Positions 19,443 through 30,117 of a stretch of 64,000 nt of DNA are shown here, one piece after another. A program made the translations under genes and the position numbers. The notes under the pieces are model-generated. The model did not search any database, was not told the origin of the DNA, and worked only from the letters and a program-made list of their open reading frames with translations. Positions within the stretch are counted from its first letter, which is position 1. Each line of letters begins with the position of its first letter. This DNA is from Desulfomonilia bacterium. Lineage in GTDB: Bacteria; Desulfobacterota; Desulfomonilia; UBA1062. The stretch covers positions 384,001 through 448,000 of the forward strand of contig CAXXDQ010000007.1 of NCBI GenBank assembly GCA_963664325.2. The letters run 5' to 3'.

Positions 19443-21848
19443 CTACAAGAACAAAGGCTTGCCGGTGGTCATGATGTTCTCGGCCATCTTCTGCGTGTTC
19501 TCCGTCTTCCACAGCTCAACAAATGCCTCTCTCTCTAGCTTCTGGAGGTATTCTTCGCTGACCAGTGTACCTGACGGTACATCGCCGCCTGACATGCAGA
19601 CTGCTATCTTCTTGGATATCAGTTCCATATGCGGTGTTATCTTCCAACCGAGTTTAAGGTTCAGCATTTCAGCCCAGACCATACCCTGTGCTTCTTTTCC
19701 GAACACAGGTATCTTCTTCTTGAGCGGAGGTGCATAACCGTCTTCCACCATCCTGAGAACCTCTTTCTTCGCCTCGCCGATAAGGTTGTCACGATTCATG
19801 ACAATACGGTCTTGAGCCGAGAGGAAGCCCCTTGCCCTTGCTTCCTGTGCCGACATCGTTGTCTTTGCCATTGCCACGCACATGAACGCTTCGAGGAAGA
19901 ATCCGCCAAAGTCTGTAATCTTTGAAATTTCCGGTTTCGATGTGATTGTCTTTCTCCAGAGATTGATCATGCCGCAACCGGCAGGAACAAGTCCTGCTCC
20001 AATTTCAACAAGGCCCATTACCAGGTCCATATGGGCAACAATTCTGTCTGCTGAGAGGCATACTTCGCAGCCGCCGCCGAGTGCCAGCCCGTAAGGAGCT
20101 GCAACAACGGGGAACGGTGCATAGCGAAGCCCCATGATCCCTGTATGAACATTCTTTATGAAATTGTCTATCTCATCAAACTTGCCTTCTCTTGCAAGTC
20201 CAAGCATATAAGCAAGGTCCCCGCCTGCCGAGAATGCGCCGGGCATGCCTCCTGCCTGGTTTCCGATCACCATGCCTACACCATTCTCATTTACATAATC
20301 ACCGGCTTCAGCCATGAAGTCGACCATCGTCTTGTTGATGGCATTCATCTTTGAATGGAACTCAAGGCAGAACACGCCGTCGCCTAGGTCTATCAGGGAT
20401 GCTGATGGTGATGTTTTGACAACTTTCTTTTCTGCTTTCAGAGCTGCCAGGTCGATTGCTGTCGGATTAACCTTGACTGCTTTGTATTTACCAGAGGCAA
20501 AATCAAAGTACATCTTTTTGCCTTTTTCCAGCTTATAGAATGATTTGGCGCCGGCTGCCATCATCTTCTCGACATTCGCCGGAATTTTCATTCCCTCGGC
20601 CTTCATCTTGGCAACTGATTTTTCGACTCCGATTGCATCCCATGATTCGAATGGACCGAGTTCCCAGTTGTATCCCCATTTCATCGCGTTGTCGATTTCA
20701 ACAACCGTATCGGATATTTCGGGGATTCTGTTCGCAGAATAAATGAATGCGCCCGCAACGACTTTCCATGCGAACTTGGCACCATTGTCGTCTCCGTAAA
20801 CAACAGCCTTTAATTTATCCGGCAGAGACTTGGCGGCCTTAGCTGCATCAAGGCATGGGAATGTTGGCTTTCCGGCTTCACTGTATTCGCCAGTTTTGGC
20901 ATCGATTACGAGTTTGACCCTCTTGCCTTCTGGTGTCTTGTCTTTCTTATAGAAACCAGCTTTTGTTTTGTTTCCAAGAAGCTTCTTCTCAAGCATGTTT
21001 TTAATGAACTGAGGAACTATGAATACATCCCTTTCCTCGTCATCAACACACTTGTCGTAAGTGCCCTGTGTAACATGAGTCATCGTGTCGAGACCGACAA
21101 GGTCTGCTGTGGCAAATATTGCGGTCTTCGGCCGGCCAAGTGCCGGTCCGAACAGTGCATCAACTTCAGGGATAGTAAGCCCGTCCTTAAGCATCTGGTT
21201 GATTGTAAGGCTTATACCATGGATACCGATCCGGTTTCCGATGAAGTTAGGTGTGTCTTTCGCCCAGACAATGCCCTTACCAAATCTTATTTCACCAAAC
21301 TCTGCTACAAAGTCGAGTACTTCCTTCTTTGTATCTGCACCGGGAATAATTTCAAGGAGGTGCATCCAGCGAACCGGATTAAAGAAATGTGTTCCCAGGA
21401 AGTGCTCTTTGAAACCCTTGCTGAGACCTTCGGACATGTCCTTGAGAGGAATACCGGATGTGTTTGATGAAACGATTGTGTCCGGTTTTCTGATGGTCTC
21501 GATTCTCTTGAAAAGATCCTGTTTGATTTTGAGGTTCTCAACAACGACCTCGATAATCCAGTCACAGTCAGCAAGCTTATCAAAGTCATCTGTAAGGTTA
21601 CCGATCGTAATACGTGCCAGATCTGTCTTCTGGAACAATAACGGTGGTTTTGCCTTCTGCAGAGCTTCCATGCCTGCGAGTACGAACCTGTTCCTGGCCT
21701 TGGGATCGTTCTTCTCCTCATCCTTCAGGTCGAACGGTACGATGTCCAGAAGCAGGACATCCACACCAGTACCGGCCAGAAGGGCAGCTATTCCTCCACC
21801 CATAATGCCTGAGCCGATAACTCCTGCCTTTTTGATTCTCCTAACCAT
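19443..21848 (-). CDS. fadN: 3-hydroxyacyl-CoA dehydrogenase / enoyl-CoA hydratase fusion (FadN-like)
   Basis: GSGIMGGG, SNTSGIP, HFFNP; C-terminal crotonase FSAGGDL, ALGGGCE. Confidence 0.9.
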   Translation of the reverse strand: MVRRIKKAGVIGSGIMGGGIAALLAGTGVDVLLLDIVPFDLKDEEKNDPKARNRFVLAGMEALQKAKPPLLFQKTDLARITIGNLTDDFDKLADCDWIIEVVVENLKIKQDLFKRIETIRKPDTIVSSNTSGIPLKDMSEGLSKGFKEHFLGTHFFNPVRWMHLLEIIPGADTKKEVLDFVAEFGEIRFGKGIVWAKDTPNFIGNRIGIHGISLTINQMLKDGLTIPEVDALFGPALGRPKTAIFATADLVGLDTMTHVTQGTYDKCVDDEERDVFIVPQFIKNMLEKKLLGNKTKAGFYKKDKTPEGKRVKLVIDAKTGEYSEAGKPTFPCLDAAKAAKSLPDKLKAVVYGDDNGAKFAWKVVAGAFIYSANRIPEISDTVVEIDNAMKWGYNWELGPFESWDAIGVEKSVAKMKAEGMKIPANVEKMMAAGAKSFYKLEKGKKMYFDFASGKYKAVKVNPTAIDLAALKAEKKVVKTSPSASLIDLGDGVFCLEFHSKMNAINKTMVDFMAEAGDYVNENGVGMVIGNQAGGMPGAFSAGGDLAYMLGLAREGKFDEIDNFIKNVHTGIMGLRYAPFPVVAAPYGLALGGGCEVCLSADRIVAHMDLVMGLVEIGAGLVPAGCGMINLWRKTITSKPEISKITDFGGFFLEAFMCVAMAKTTMSAQEARARGFLSAQDRIVMNRDNLIGEAKKEVLRMVEDGYAPPLKKKIPVFGKEAQGMVWAEMLNLKLGWKITPHMELISKKIAVCMSGGDVPSGTLVSEEYLQKLEREAFVELWKTENTQKMAENIMTTGKPLFL

Positions 21849-21911
21849 ACTACCTCCTGCGTTAGTAATTTATTAACATTCCTAATAAAGCCGAAAATTA
21901 TGATTGAAGAA

Positions 21912-21955
21912 TGAATCAACGTTCAGTCTATACAGCAAGCACCATGTTAAATCAA
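21912..21955 (-). promoter_or_regulatory. Putative fad promoter with overlapping TGAA-N6-TTCA palindrome
   Basis: Minus strand TTGATT-N17-TATAGA; TGAATCAACGTTCA at 21912-21925. Confidence 0.35.
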
Positions 21956-22057
21956 GAGTTCTTTATTATAAATATAGTTTTTGCTAATACATATTGTTCA
22001 TTTTCCAAGATGTCCATGCATGCTGAATCCTGCTTGTATTATGAAATGAATGAAATT

Positions 22058-22915
22058 TTAAAAATGTTCCTTTCTATGTGCTTTCTTTTTGAATCTTTTC
22101 GTAAGCAGGCCGATAATTTCCTCGGCAATGGTTTCGACGGGTTTATCTGTTATGTCAATGACCCTGAAGCCTCTTTTTTTGAATATGCTTCTTGCATACT
22201 CCATTTCTTCAAATATCCCTGAAAGGCTGGTGTAAGACGTCATATCGGCAGCGCCGAGACTTTTCCTGCGCATCTGTCGATGTGAAACCACTCTTTCGGG
22301 ATCTATTAACAATCCGAACACTCTTGACTTTTCCACCAACGAGAGTTCTTCAGGTATCGGGCTGCCCGTAATGATCGGGACATTGGCGACCTTCCATCCA
22401 AGCATTGAAAGATAAACGCTTAAAGGCGTTTTCCCAGCCCGGGAAATTGCCGTAATGACAATTTCAGCCTTTGTAAGTTCTTCAGGCTTTTGTCCGTCGT
22501 CATGAGACATTGTGAATTCTATAGCTTCCGCCCGTCTGAAATAATCCTGATTCAGTTCATGATAAAGGCCTGGCTTACATACCGGATTTTCATGAAGAAT
22601 CTCTCCCAGCAGGTTAAGGATATCACCTATCAGGTCGATTTCATGTATTTCTAACTCTCTGCACCTTTTTGCGAGGTATACCCTTACATCGGAATTCACT
22701 AGCGTGTGAATCACAGGGTGACCATGTGTAAACCTTTTATTAATAAAATCATCCACATCCTTTTTTGAACGGATGTACGGGATATTGACAACCTGTGCAA
22801 CGCATCCGGGAAATTGAGCTAATGCGGTATTCAATATCTGATTTCCACTCGCACCGCTTCCACCTGAAACCATGTAGATTAAAGGGTCCATGCCTTTTTT
22901 TACTTTAACATGCAT
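22058..22915 (-). CDS. ppsR: PEP synthetase / PPDK regulatory kinase-pyrophosphorylase (DUF299)
   Basis: YFRRAEAIEFTMSHDDG, SRAGKTPLSVYL, KVANVP, IDITDKPVE. Confidence 0.88.
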   Translation of the reverse strand: MHVKVKKGMDPLIYMVSGGSGASGNQILNTALAQFPGCVAQVVNIPYIRSKKDVDDFINKRFTHGHPVIHTLVNSDVRVYLAKRCRELEIHEIDLIGDILNLLGEILHENPVCKPGLYHELNQDYFRRAEAIEFTMSHDDGQKPEELTKAEIVITAISRAGKTPLSVYLSMLGWKVANVPIITGSPIPEELSLVEKSRVFGLLIDPERVVSHRQMRRKSLGAADMTSYTSLSGIFEEMEYARSIFKKRGFRVIDITDKPVETIAEEIIGLLTKRFKKKAHRKEHF

Positions 22916-22960
22916 TATTCTTTACACCTCCATCATGCTTATATTATCTAAATTTGACAT

Positions 22961-23839
22961 ATGAGAAAACATCTATCTCACGAAATAAGCGGTTCATTGT
23001 GGATGGTTTCATCCTCAATTCTGTTCAGTATCATGGCCGTATTTGTAAGGTATGCCAACAGCCGGTATTCATTGAGCGGCTGGAAGACCTCGGAAATCCG
23101 GTTTGCAGTCTGCATCTTTATTATTTTTGGTCTCTCCCTCTCAAAGAAATACCCGTTAAAATTTGTCAACTATTCATGGCTTGTTTCCCGGGGAATTTTC
23201 GGCGGAGTCGCTGTTTGTATTTTTTTCTATGCCATCAACAAAATAGGGATGGCAAAAGCAACCGTTCTTACTTTCACCTATCCGATATGGGCGGCTATGC
23301 TTTCTCCCCTTATTTTCAAAAAGCCGGTATCAACCGGACTCTGGATAGCAATAATCATAGCCTTCATAGGATTGTATCTGATAGTCATACCGTCTGAAGG
23401 CGTATCATCCATCTCTGCAATGGATCTTATTGCTCTATTTGCAGGCCTTCTTTCAGGATGGGCCATCCTGTCGATTAAGAAGCTTCATGAGACCGATTCG
23501 TCAAGGGCAATACTGTTTTCTCAATGCCTGTTCGGGCTCATGTTTGCTATGATCCCGTCATACAGGGAAGGTTATACCTTTTCAGCAGAAGCATGGGCTA
23601 TACTAGTCCTCATCGGCATTATTGCAGCTGTTGCCCAACTCCAGATGACGCACGCATATAAATTTATAGGCGCAATTGAGGGTTCGCTTATAAGCATTCT
23701 TAATCCTGTACTTAACGTTTTTCTTGGGGTAATATTCTTTAAAGAGCCTCTTACATTAAGGGCTTTATTTGGTTGTGCGATCGTCCTGATATGCTGCCTG
23801 TATGCGGCAATTCCAGGAAGATATGAGATAGAGTGCTAG
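22961..23839 (+). CDS. DMT/EamA family transporter
   Basis: About ten hydrophobic segments, duplicated EamA pattern. Confidence 0.85.
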   Translation: MRKHLSHEISGSLWMVSSSILFSIMAVFVRYANSRYSLSGWKTSEIRFAVCIFIIFGLSLSKKYPLKFVNYSWLVSRGIFGGVAVCIFFYAINKIGMAKATVLTFTYPIWAAMLSPLIFKKPVSTGLWIAIIIAFIGLYLIVIPSEGVSSISAMDLIALFAGLLSGWAILSIKKLHETDSSRAILFSQCLFGLMFAMIPSYREGYTFSAEAWAILVLIGIIAAVAQLQMTHAYKFIGAIEGSLISILNPVLNVFLGVIFFKEPLTLRALFGCAIVLICCLYAAIPGRYEIEC

Positions 23840-23891
23840 TTTGAATGTGGCATCACGAAAATCTTGAATATTTTATTTGGGAGGACTTTTG

Positions 23892-25112
23892 ATGATTGCG
23901 TTTTTAAAAAGAAATAGCTCAATATTAACTGTATTAATGTTCATGGATCTTATGTGTTTCCCGGCAAAGGCCCTTTCCACTCCATATGACATGGACCCGC
24001 CTTTTCCTGCAAACGACCCGGGATGGCAGACATTCAGTTTACAATGGGAAAAGCATTGGGATGGGAAAAACATCGAACAGCTTATCAGCACACTCAAGGG
24101 AATAGAAAAGAATAATCCTGACAGCACCAACCTTAATTTATGGTTTTCAAGGGTTTATTGCCTGAAGGGAAAGCGGACGTCCGGCAACAATAAAATGGAA
24201 TCGTTCAGATATGCAGTCAAGTATGCCGTAAAAGCCAGGGGATTGGACAAGGACAACATACTGGCTGTGAAACTGCTTGCAGATGCCGCAGCAAACATGG
24301 AATCATTCGGGGCTATTGTATCAAAATACGGCAATTGGATAAAAGATATTTCTCCCCAGCCTTACATAGAAACCATCGAACCTGCTTCAAATCAACCCGG
24401 ATGGGATACATTCTCCAGACTCTGGGCAAACCGCTATGATATTGAAAAGGCCGTCCAGGCCCAAAAAATTTCAGAAGGATGGGCAAACGCAAATCCGAAT
24501 AACGGCCTTCTCCAAAATTGGGCATGCAGGTCAAGCTATTGCGTCGGTGAATACTGGGACAGCATGGGGGAACATGATTCCAAGGCCCTGCCATATTATA
24601 AAAAAGGTATCGTATACGGAGAAAAAGCTGTTAAATTGACACCTCACAGCGTACCCGCAAAATACTGGTACAACGCCTGCCTCGGAAGGTCAGTCCAAAC
24701 TTCCAGTATCTTTATAAAGGCAAGCCACTTCTCGACATTCTTCGAACTGGTCCTTTTCTTCTGGCGTGAGAATTCTCAGTATCACTATTTCGGGTTCGGA
24801 TTAACCCTGGCGCCAATGATAACAAACGGCGGATGGGTTACGGAAAAAGGTATGAATGCGGCAGGCGTTACAGTTGAAAACGTGCTTACATCCCTGGATA
24901 TAGCTGAAATAATGTATCCAGACTTTATCCAAATACCGTATTCAAAAGCATTGCTTCTATCATATAAAGGTAAAAAGGATCAGGCTATAAAAATCCTGGA
25001 GAACCTGATTACAAAGAATCCCGACAAGGGAGGAACTGCAATAATGGCTGAAAACCGTTGTAATCAGAGAATGGCTAAAGCACTTTACAACGAATTGAAA
25101 AAAGGAAGGTGA
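23892..25112 (+). CDS. Exported helical-repeat (TPR-like) protein with internal duplication
   Basis: GGAGG RBS; signal-like leader; two copies of PGW.TFS..W...D...NP....L..W..R..C..G. Confidence 0.65.
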   Translation: MIAFLKRNSSILTVLMFMDLMCFPAKALSTPYDMDPPFPANDPGWQTFSLQWEKHWDGKNIEQLISTLKGIEKNNPDSTNLNLWFSRVYCLKGKRTSGNNKMESFRYAVKYAVKARGLDKDNILAVKLLADAAANMESFGAIVSKYGNWIKDISPQPYIETIEPASNQPGWDTFSRLWANRYDIEKAVQAQKISEGWANANPNNGLLQNWACRSSYCVGEYWDSMGEHDSKALPYYKKGIVYGEKAVKLTPHSVPAKYWYNACLGRSVQTSSIFIKASHFSTFFELVLFFWRENSQYHYFGFGLTLAPMITNGGWVTEKGMNAAGVTVENVLTSLDIAEIMYPDFIQIPYSKALLLSYKGKKDQAIKILENLITKNPDKGGTAIMAENRCNQRMAKALYNELKKGR

Positions 25113-25118
25113 TTTATT

Positions 25119-25739
25119 ATGAAATATATATATTGTTCAGGCCCTCTTTTCTGCCCTGAGGAAATCGCCGGTATGGCTGCTATCGCAAAAGTCCTTGAGG
25201 ATGCTGGTTTTACTACTTTTCTTCCACAAAGGGACGGAATCGAACGGTATGTGACAAGATTCATCAATACGCCACTTAATATTGACATTCTCGGCAGCAG
25301 AAAAAATATGGACAAGGCCATATTTGCCTTGGATGTTTACCAGATCGTCAAAAGATGTGATTGTCTCGTGCTTAACATGAATGGAAGGGTGCCGGATGAA
25401 GGGGCAGTTGCAGAGGCCGGTATAGCCTTTGCCGCCGGGAAGCCCGTTGTAATCTACAAGAATGATGTAAGGACCATCTTCAAAGGTGGCGATAATTCCA
25501 TGATAACTGGCCTTACTGCATATCCGACAGTGCGGAACCTTAAGAAACTGCCGGGGGTTATAAAAGAAATAACACCATCCCAGACAAGCATTACAGGGAG
25601 ATTGCTTGAGACAGTGAATTATGGTGAAAAGTTATGGTTTTTTCTTAAAAAAATACCATCGGGCATGTTAAATAAGATACAGCAGGATGAGATTATAAAT
25701 GAAATAATAAAAATATCCGAGGTTCAGTCAGATAGTTGA
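25119..25739 (+). CDS. Nucleoside 2-deoxyribosyltransferase family protein
   Basis: IYCSGPLF, FLPQRDG, DEGAVAEAGIAFAAGKPV. Confidence 0.85.
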   Translation: MKYIYCSGPLFCPEEIAGMAAIAKVLEDAGFTTFLPQRDGIERYVTRFINTPLNIDILGSRKNMDKAIFALDVYQIVKRCDCLVLNMNGRVPDEGAVAEAGIAFAAGKPVVIYKNDVRTIFKGGDNSMITGLTAYPTVRNLKKLPGVIKEITPSQTSITGRLLETVNYGEKLWFFLKKIPSGMLNKIQQDEIINEIIKISEVQSDS

Positions 25740-25761
25740 TTTATTAGCAGGGAGGAATTAT

Positions 25762-26499
25762 ATGCGTTACTCTTTGTTTAATATTTTAAAAATCGTATGG
25801 CTTTCCTTTTGGGCTATAATCGCCACAATTATTCTCTTTATCCCCATTACTGCTGCAGCCATAATGAGCAGTACAGGCAACCTTGCATTCAGCCTTTCGA
25901 AACTCTGGGCATATACCCTGCTTATTGTAACGAACGTGCACCCTCATATTTCAGGAAAAGAAAAGATTAAAAAGGGGCAGTCCTATATAATCATCTCGAA
26001 CCATCAGTCAGAATTCGACATACTGGCGCTGGTAACCACACTTGGAATTCAGTTCAGATGGATTATTAAAAAAGAACTGAAAAAAGCCCCTCTTTTCGGC
26101 TATGCTCTATATGCATCGAGAAACATCTTTATTGACAGGTCTAATCCCAAAGATGCCATTAGGACTATAAATGAAGGCATAAGCCGGCTGCCGGCAGGTG
26201 CCAGCGTATTGGTTTTTGCAGAAGGTACGAGAAGTAGTGACGGTAAGATTCAAGAATTTAAGAAAGGAGGCTTTATAGCCGCAATAGAAAAAGGGCTGCC
26301 GATCCTCCCCGTAACAGTAAATGGCAGCCGCAAAACCCTTCCCAAGAAAAGCCTCGTTTTCAAACCAGGTCCGATAGAGGTCGTGATTGGAGATCCCATA
26401 AAGACCACAGGCTATGGCCAGGAAAACATCATTGAACTGATAGCAAAAACAAGGGATGTAATCATATCAAATTACAAAATAAACTATCCTGACAATTGA
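25762..26499 (+). CDS. plsC: 1-acyl-sn-glycerol-3-phosphate acyltransferase
   Basis: SNHQSEFD, FIDR, FAEGTRS. Confidence 0.88.
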   Translation: MRYSLFNILKIVWLSFWAIIATIILFIPITAAAIMSSTGNLAFSLSKLWAYTLLIVTNVHPHISGKEKIKKGQSYIIISNHQSEFDILALVTTLGIQFRWIIKKELKKAPLFGYALYASRNIFIDRSNPKDAIRTINEGISRLPAGASVLVFAEGTRSSDGKIQEFKKGGFIAAIEKGLPILPVTVNGSRKTLPKKSLVFKPGPIEVVIGDPIKTTGYGQENIIELIAKTRDVIISNYKINYPDN

Positions 26500-26701
26500 T
26501 CCGCATTTTAATAATATGGAAAGTCCCTTTTAAAAAAAAGTGGGATGGGAACATGTTTTGATAAAACAGACAGGCAAAATGTTCAGCTTCAGACCTTCAG
26601 GAATAATGTCATCTTTTGAAACAGTTTGTGATTTGAATGTATTCTGCTTAATCTGACAGATCAGATTCATTCGCACTGTATGAACATTTATCAGCACTTT
26701 A

Positions 26702-27208
26702 TCAAATGCTGGCTTTCACCTTACCTTTATTTTTCTGCGGAACTATAAACGTGTAAAGAAGCAACCCTATCATTCCTACTGAAATATACATATCAGCAAC
26801 ATTAAACGTTGGCCACCGGTAGGTGAACGCATGAACATTAATAAAATCCACCACTTCATTATGAACAATTCTGTCCGTCAGATTTCCTATAGCACCTGCA
26901 AGTATAAGGCTTAGAATTATCTTAAATATTGACGAGTTGTCGTTAGACTGTCTGAAAATGATGAATATTGCAGCTATAGCAACAATTGTTACTGTAAGGA
27001 AAAACACAAGCCTGTAAGAATCAGGTATGTTCTGTAAAAGACCAAATGCAACCCCCGTGTTTCTGACATGGATTATCTCTAAATAGTTTGGGATTACGGT
27101 CATGCTCTCTCCTATCTGCATTCTTGTAAGAATGATCCATTTGGTAATCTGATCCACAAGGTAAAGCGGGATCAGCATTAAAAGCCCCCATCTCAGATAC
27201 GACTTCAT
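26702..27208 (-). CDS. lspA: Lipoprotein signal peptidase II
   Basis: DQITK, NTGVAFG, GNLTDR, VVDF, FNVAD; ATGA overlap with the ileS stop. Confidence 0.95.
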   Translation of the reverse strand: MKSYLRWGLLMLIPLYLVDQITKWIILTRMQIGESMTVIPNYLEIIHVRNTGVAFGLLQNIPDSYRLVFFLTVTIVAIAAIFIIFRQSNDNSSIFKIILSLILAGAIGNLTDRIVHNEVVDFINVHAFTYRWPTFNVADMYISVGMIGLLLYTFIVPQKNKGKVKASI

Positions 27209-29991
27209 GTCATTTGAGAAGCGCATCGTGCACATACCTCCAAATGATTTTTATCGGCGCCTATATCCTTGCTGTAATTCCAGCATCGGGGGCACTTGAC
27301 TCCTGTTGATTTAAAGACCTTAATTCCAAGCTGTTTAAAGTTTTCGCTTTCAATAAACGGCCCGTTACCCTTTATGACTTCGACTTCGGATACTATAAAC
27401 ACATCTTTGAGAAAGTGTCTTGAAGACTCCACAAAATCAAAAGTTTCACCGTCAGCAGTAATTTTAACAACGGCATCAAGCGGGTGGCCGATAATTTTAT
27501 CGCGTCTTGCCTGTTCCATTGTCTTAGACACTTCCTGCCTGAGTGCAATTATCTTCTCCCACTTTCCAGCCAGAGCCTCGTCTTTCATACTTTCATCGAC
27601 TTTGGGCATTCCAGAAAGATGGACACTTTCTTCCTTGTCTGCAAAGGCTGGCATGTGATCCCAGATTTCTTCAGCAGTGAATGAAAGCACTGGTGCAATA
27701 AGCTTTGTAAGACCGGAAAGTATAGTAAAAAGTGCCGTTTGCGCAGAACGCCTGTCCACACTTTCCCTTTTATAAACATAGAGCCGGTCCTTCAATACAT
27801 CGAGGTAGAAAGCACTCATGTCCACAACACAGAAATTATAAACCTGCTGATATATAACATAAGGCTCAAAATTTTCATAAGCCCTCCTGACCTTTTCAAT
27901 CAGGTTCTGCATCAGATGAAGGGCATATCGGTCAAGTTCAAGCATATCGTCATATGCAACAGAATTATTTTCAGGGCTAAAATCAGACAGGTTACCGATT
28001 ATAAATCTTACAGTATTTCTGATCTTGCGGTATGTCTCGACAAGCCGGTCGACTATTTCGTTTGAGATGCGTATATCATTGGTGTAGTCTTGGGCGCTGA
28101 CCCACAGCCTTAAAACTTCTGCGCCGTATTTATCTATTATTTCCTGCGGGGCTATTGTGTTGCCAAGCGATTTGGACATCTTGCGGCCTTCACCGTCTAC
28201 AACGAACCCATGGGTGAGAACTGAACGGTACGGGGCATCTCCTCTTGTTCCCACAGAGCAGAGCAGGGTTGAATGGAACCATCCCCTGTGCTGATCTGAG
28301 CCTTCCAGATACATGTCAACCGGTGAGCCTATCCGTTTATCTTTTTCACATACTGCCGCATAGCTCACGCCTGAATCAAACCATACATCGACAATGTCCT
28401 GTTCTTTTTCAAATTCCGTTGCAGAACATGCAGGACAGTTTGTACCTTTCGGCAGAAGTTCAGCCGCGCTTAAAGCAAACCAGGCATCCGAGCTTTCTTC
28501 TGCAAATATTTTTGCAACATTTTCCGCGACCTCACCTGATACCAGAAGTTCACCGCATGCTTTGCAGTAAAAGACCGGAATGGGAATTCCCCACACCCTC
28601 TGCCGGGATATGCACCAGTCAGGCCTGTTCAAAATCATGTTATATATCCTGTCACGTCCCCAATCCGGTATCCAGCGTACTTTGTCGATGGCTGCCAGGG
28701 CTTTTTCACGCAACCCTTCATGTTCCATGGAAATGAACCACTGCCATGTCGAGCGGAATATGATTGCGCTCTTGCAGCGCCAGCAATACGGATAGGAATG
28801 TGAATATTTATCTTCATTCAGCAACGCACCTTTTTCCTCAAGCGCCTTGTTCACATTAGGATTTGCATCGAATACAAACTGTCCTGCAAACCCCTCCACC
28901 TCTTTTGTGAACCTGCCGTCATTATCCACCGGTGCATAAACGTCAAGACCGTATTGTTTGCCTATTTCATAATCTTCTTCACCATGGCCTGGAGCAATAT
29001 GAACGCATCCAGAGCCGGTATCAAGAGTTACAAAAGGTGCATTTATAATCAATGAATCACGTTCGTAGAGCGGATGACGGGCCTTCATGCCGTCCAGTTT
29101 ACCGCCATTGAATGTCGCAAGAGTCTTATATTCGTTTATTCCTGCAGCCTTCATAACGTTTTCAACCAGTTCGGATGCCATGATAAGGACATCGAACTTA
29201 TCAGTCTTAACAGCCGAATACTCCATATCAGGGTGCAGGGCTATCGCCAGATTAGCCGGTATTGTCCATGGAGTGGTAGTCCAAATGACAATATAGGCAT
29301 TCTCACCCTTAAGCTCCGAAAGGGTTTCAGAAATATTAGATACCATTTTGAATCTGACAAAAATTGCCGACGTAACCTGATCATGATATTCAACCTCTGC
29401 TTCGGCAAGCGCAGTTTTACATTTTGCACACCAGTATACAGGTTTCCTGGCTTTATAAAGCGAGCCTGCTTCAATAAAGCGCCCTAGTTCATGAGCAATA
29501 GTTGATTCGTATTCATTTTTCATCGTAAGGTAAGGGTCTTCCCATAGTCCCAGAACACCCAGCCTTTTGAACTCGTCTCTTTGTATGTCTATGAACTCTT
29601 CTGCATATTTCCTGCATTCTTTTCTTATATCAAGTTTGGTCAGTTCCGCCGCTTTATTTTCCAGGTTTATCTCGACCTGATGCTCTATCGGCAAACCGTG
29701 GCAGTCCCATCCTGGCTTGTAGAACGTATCATATCCCATCATGAAATATGATTTGACTATTATATCCTTCAATATCTTATTAAGGGCAGTACCGAGATGT
29801 ATATGGCCATTGGCATAAGGGGGTCCATCATGAAGAATGAATTTGCTCCTGCCTTTGGATTTTTCGATAATCTTGTGATAAAGTATTCTTTCTTCCCATC
29901 TTTGCAGCAGTTCAGGCTCTTTCTTTGTAAGGCTTGCCTTCATTGGGAAATCAGTCTGCGGCAGACAAAGTGTATCCTTGTAATCCATCAT
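27205..29991 (-). CDS. ileS: Isoleucine--tRNA ligase
   Basis: GPPYANGHIHLG, WTTTPWT, KMSKS, C-terminal zinc finger. Confidence 0.98.
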   Translation of the reverse strand: MMDYKDTLCLPQTDFPMKASLTKKEPELLQRWEERILYHKIIEKSKGRSKFILHDGPPYANGHIHLGTALNKILKDIIVKSYFMMGYDTFYKPGWDCHGLPIEHQVEINLENKAAELTKLDIRKECRKYAEEFIDIQRDEFKRLGVLGLWEDPYLTMKNEYESTIAHELGRFIEAGSLYKARKPVYWCAKCKTALAEAEVEYHDQVTSAIFVRFKMVSNISETLSELKGENAYIVIWTTTPWTIPANLAIALHPDMEYSAVKTDKFDVLIMASELVENVMKAAGINEYKTLATFNGGKLDGMKARHPLYERDSLIINAPFVTLDTGSGCVHIAPGHGEEDYEIGKQYGLDVYAPVDNDGRFTKEVEGFAGQFVFDANPNVNKALEEKGALLNEDKYSHSYPYCWRCKSAIIFRSTWQWFISMEHEGLREKALAAIDKVRWIPDWGRDRIYNMILNRPDWCISRQRVWGIPIPVFYCKACGELLVSGEVAENVAKIFAEESSDAWFALSAAELLPKGTNCPACSATEFEKEQDIVDVWFDSGVSYAAVCEKDKRIGSPVDMYLEGSDQHRGWFHSTLLCSVGTRGDAPYRSVLTHGFVVDGEGRKMSKSLGNTIAPQEIIDKYGAEVLRLWVSAQDYTNDIRISNEIVDRLVETYRKIRNTVRFIIGNLSDFSPENNSVAYDDMLELDRYALHLMQNLIEKVRRAYENFEPYVIYQQVYNFCVVDMSAFYLDVLKDRLYVYKRESVDRRSAQTALFTILSGLTKLIAPVLSFTAEEIWDHMPAFADKEESVHLSGMPKVDESMKDEALAGKWEKIIALRQEVSKTMEQARRDKIIGHPLDAVVKITADGETFDFVESSRHFLKDVFIVSEVEVIKGNGPFIESENFKQLGIKVFKSTGVKCPRCWNYSKDIGADKNHLEVCARCASQMT

Positions 29992-30068
29992 TACCTCCTA
30001 GAATATCCTTCGTCTGTATCGCATGAATCTTCTAATTGTCAATGCCAGAGCATTCATATCGAAAAATT

Positions 30069-30098
30069 AAAAAGGCCGGCAGAAGCCGGCCTTTTTTT
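30069..30098. terminator. Intrinsic terminator
   Basis: A5-GGCCGGC-AGAA-GCCGGCC-T7. Confidence 0.85.
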
Positions 30099-30117
30099 CA
30101 AAAACCATATTTACAAT

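Noticed and set aside
26500-26701. 55-codon minus-strand ORF or c-di-GMP riboswitch (GGCAAA seen)
   Set aside because: No RBS or motif for the ORF; the paired riboswitch stems are absent
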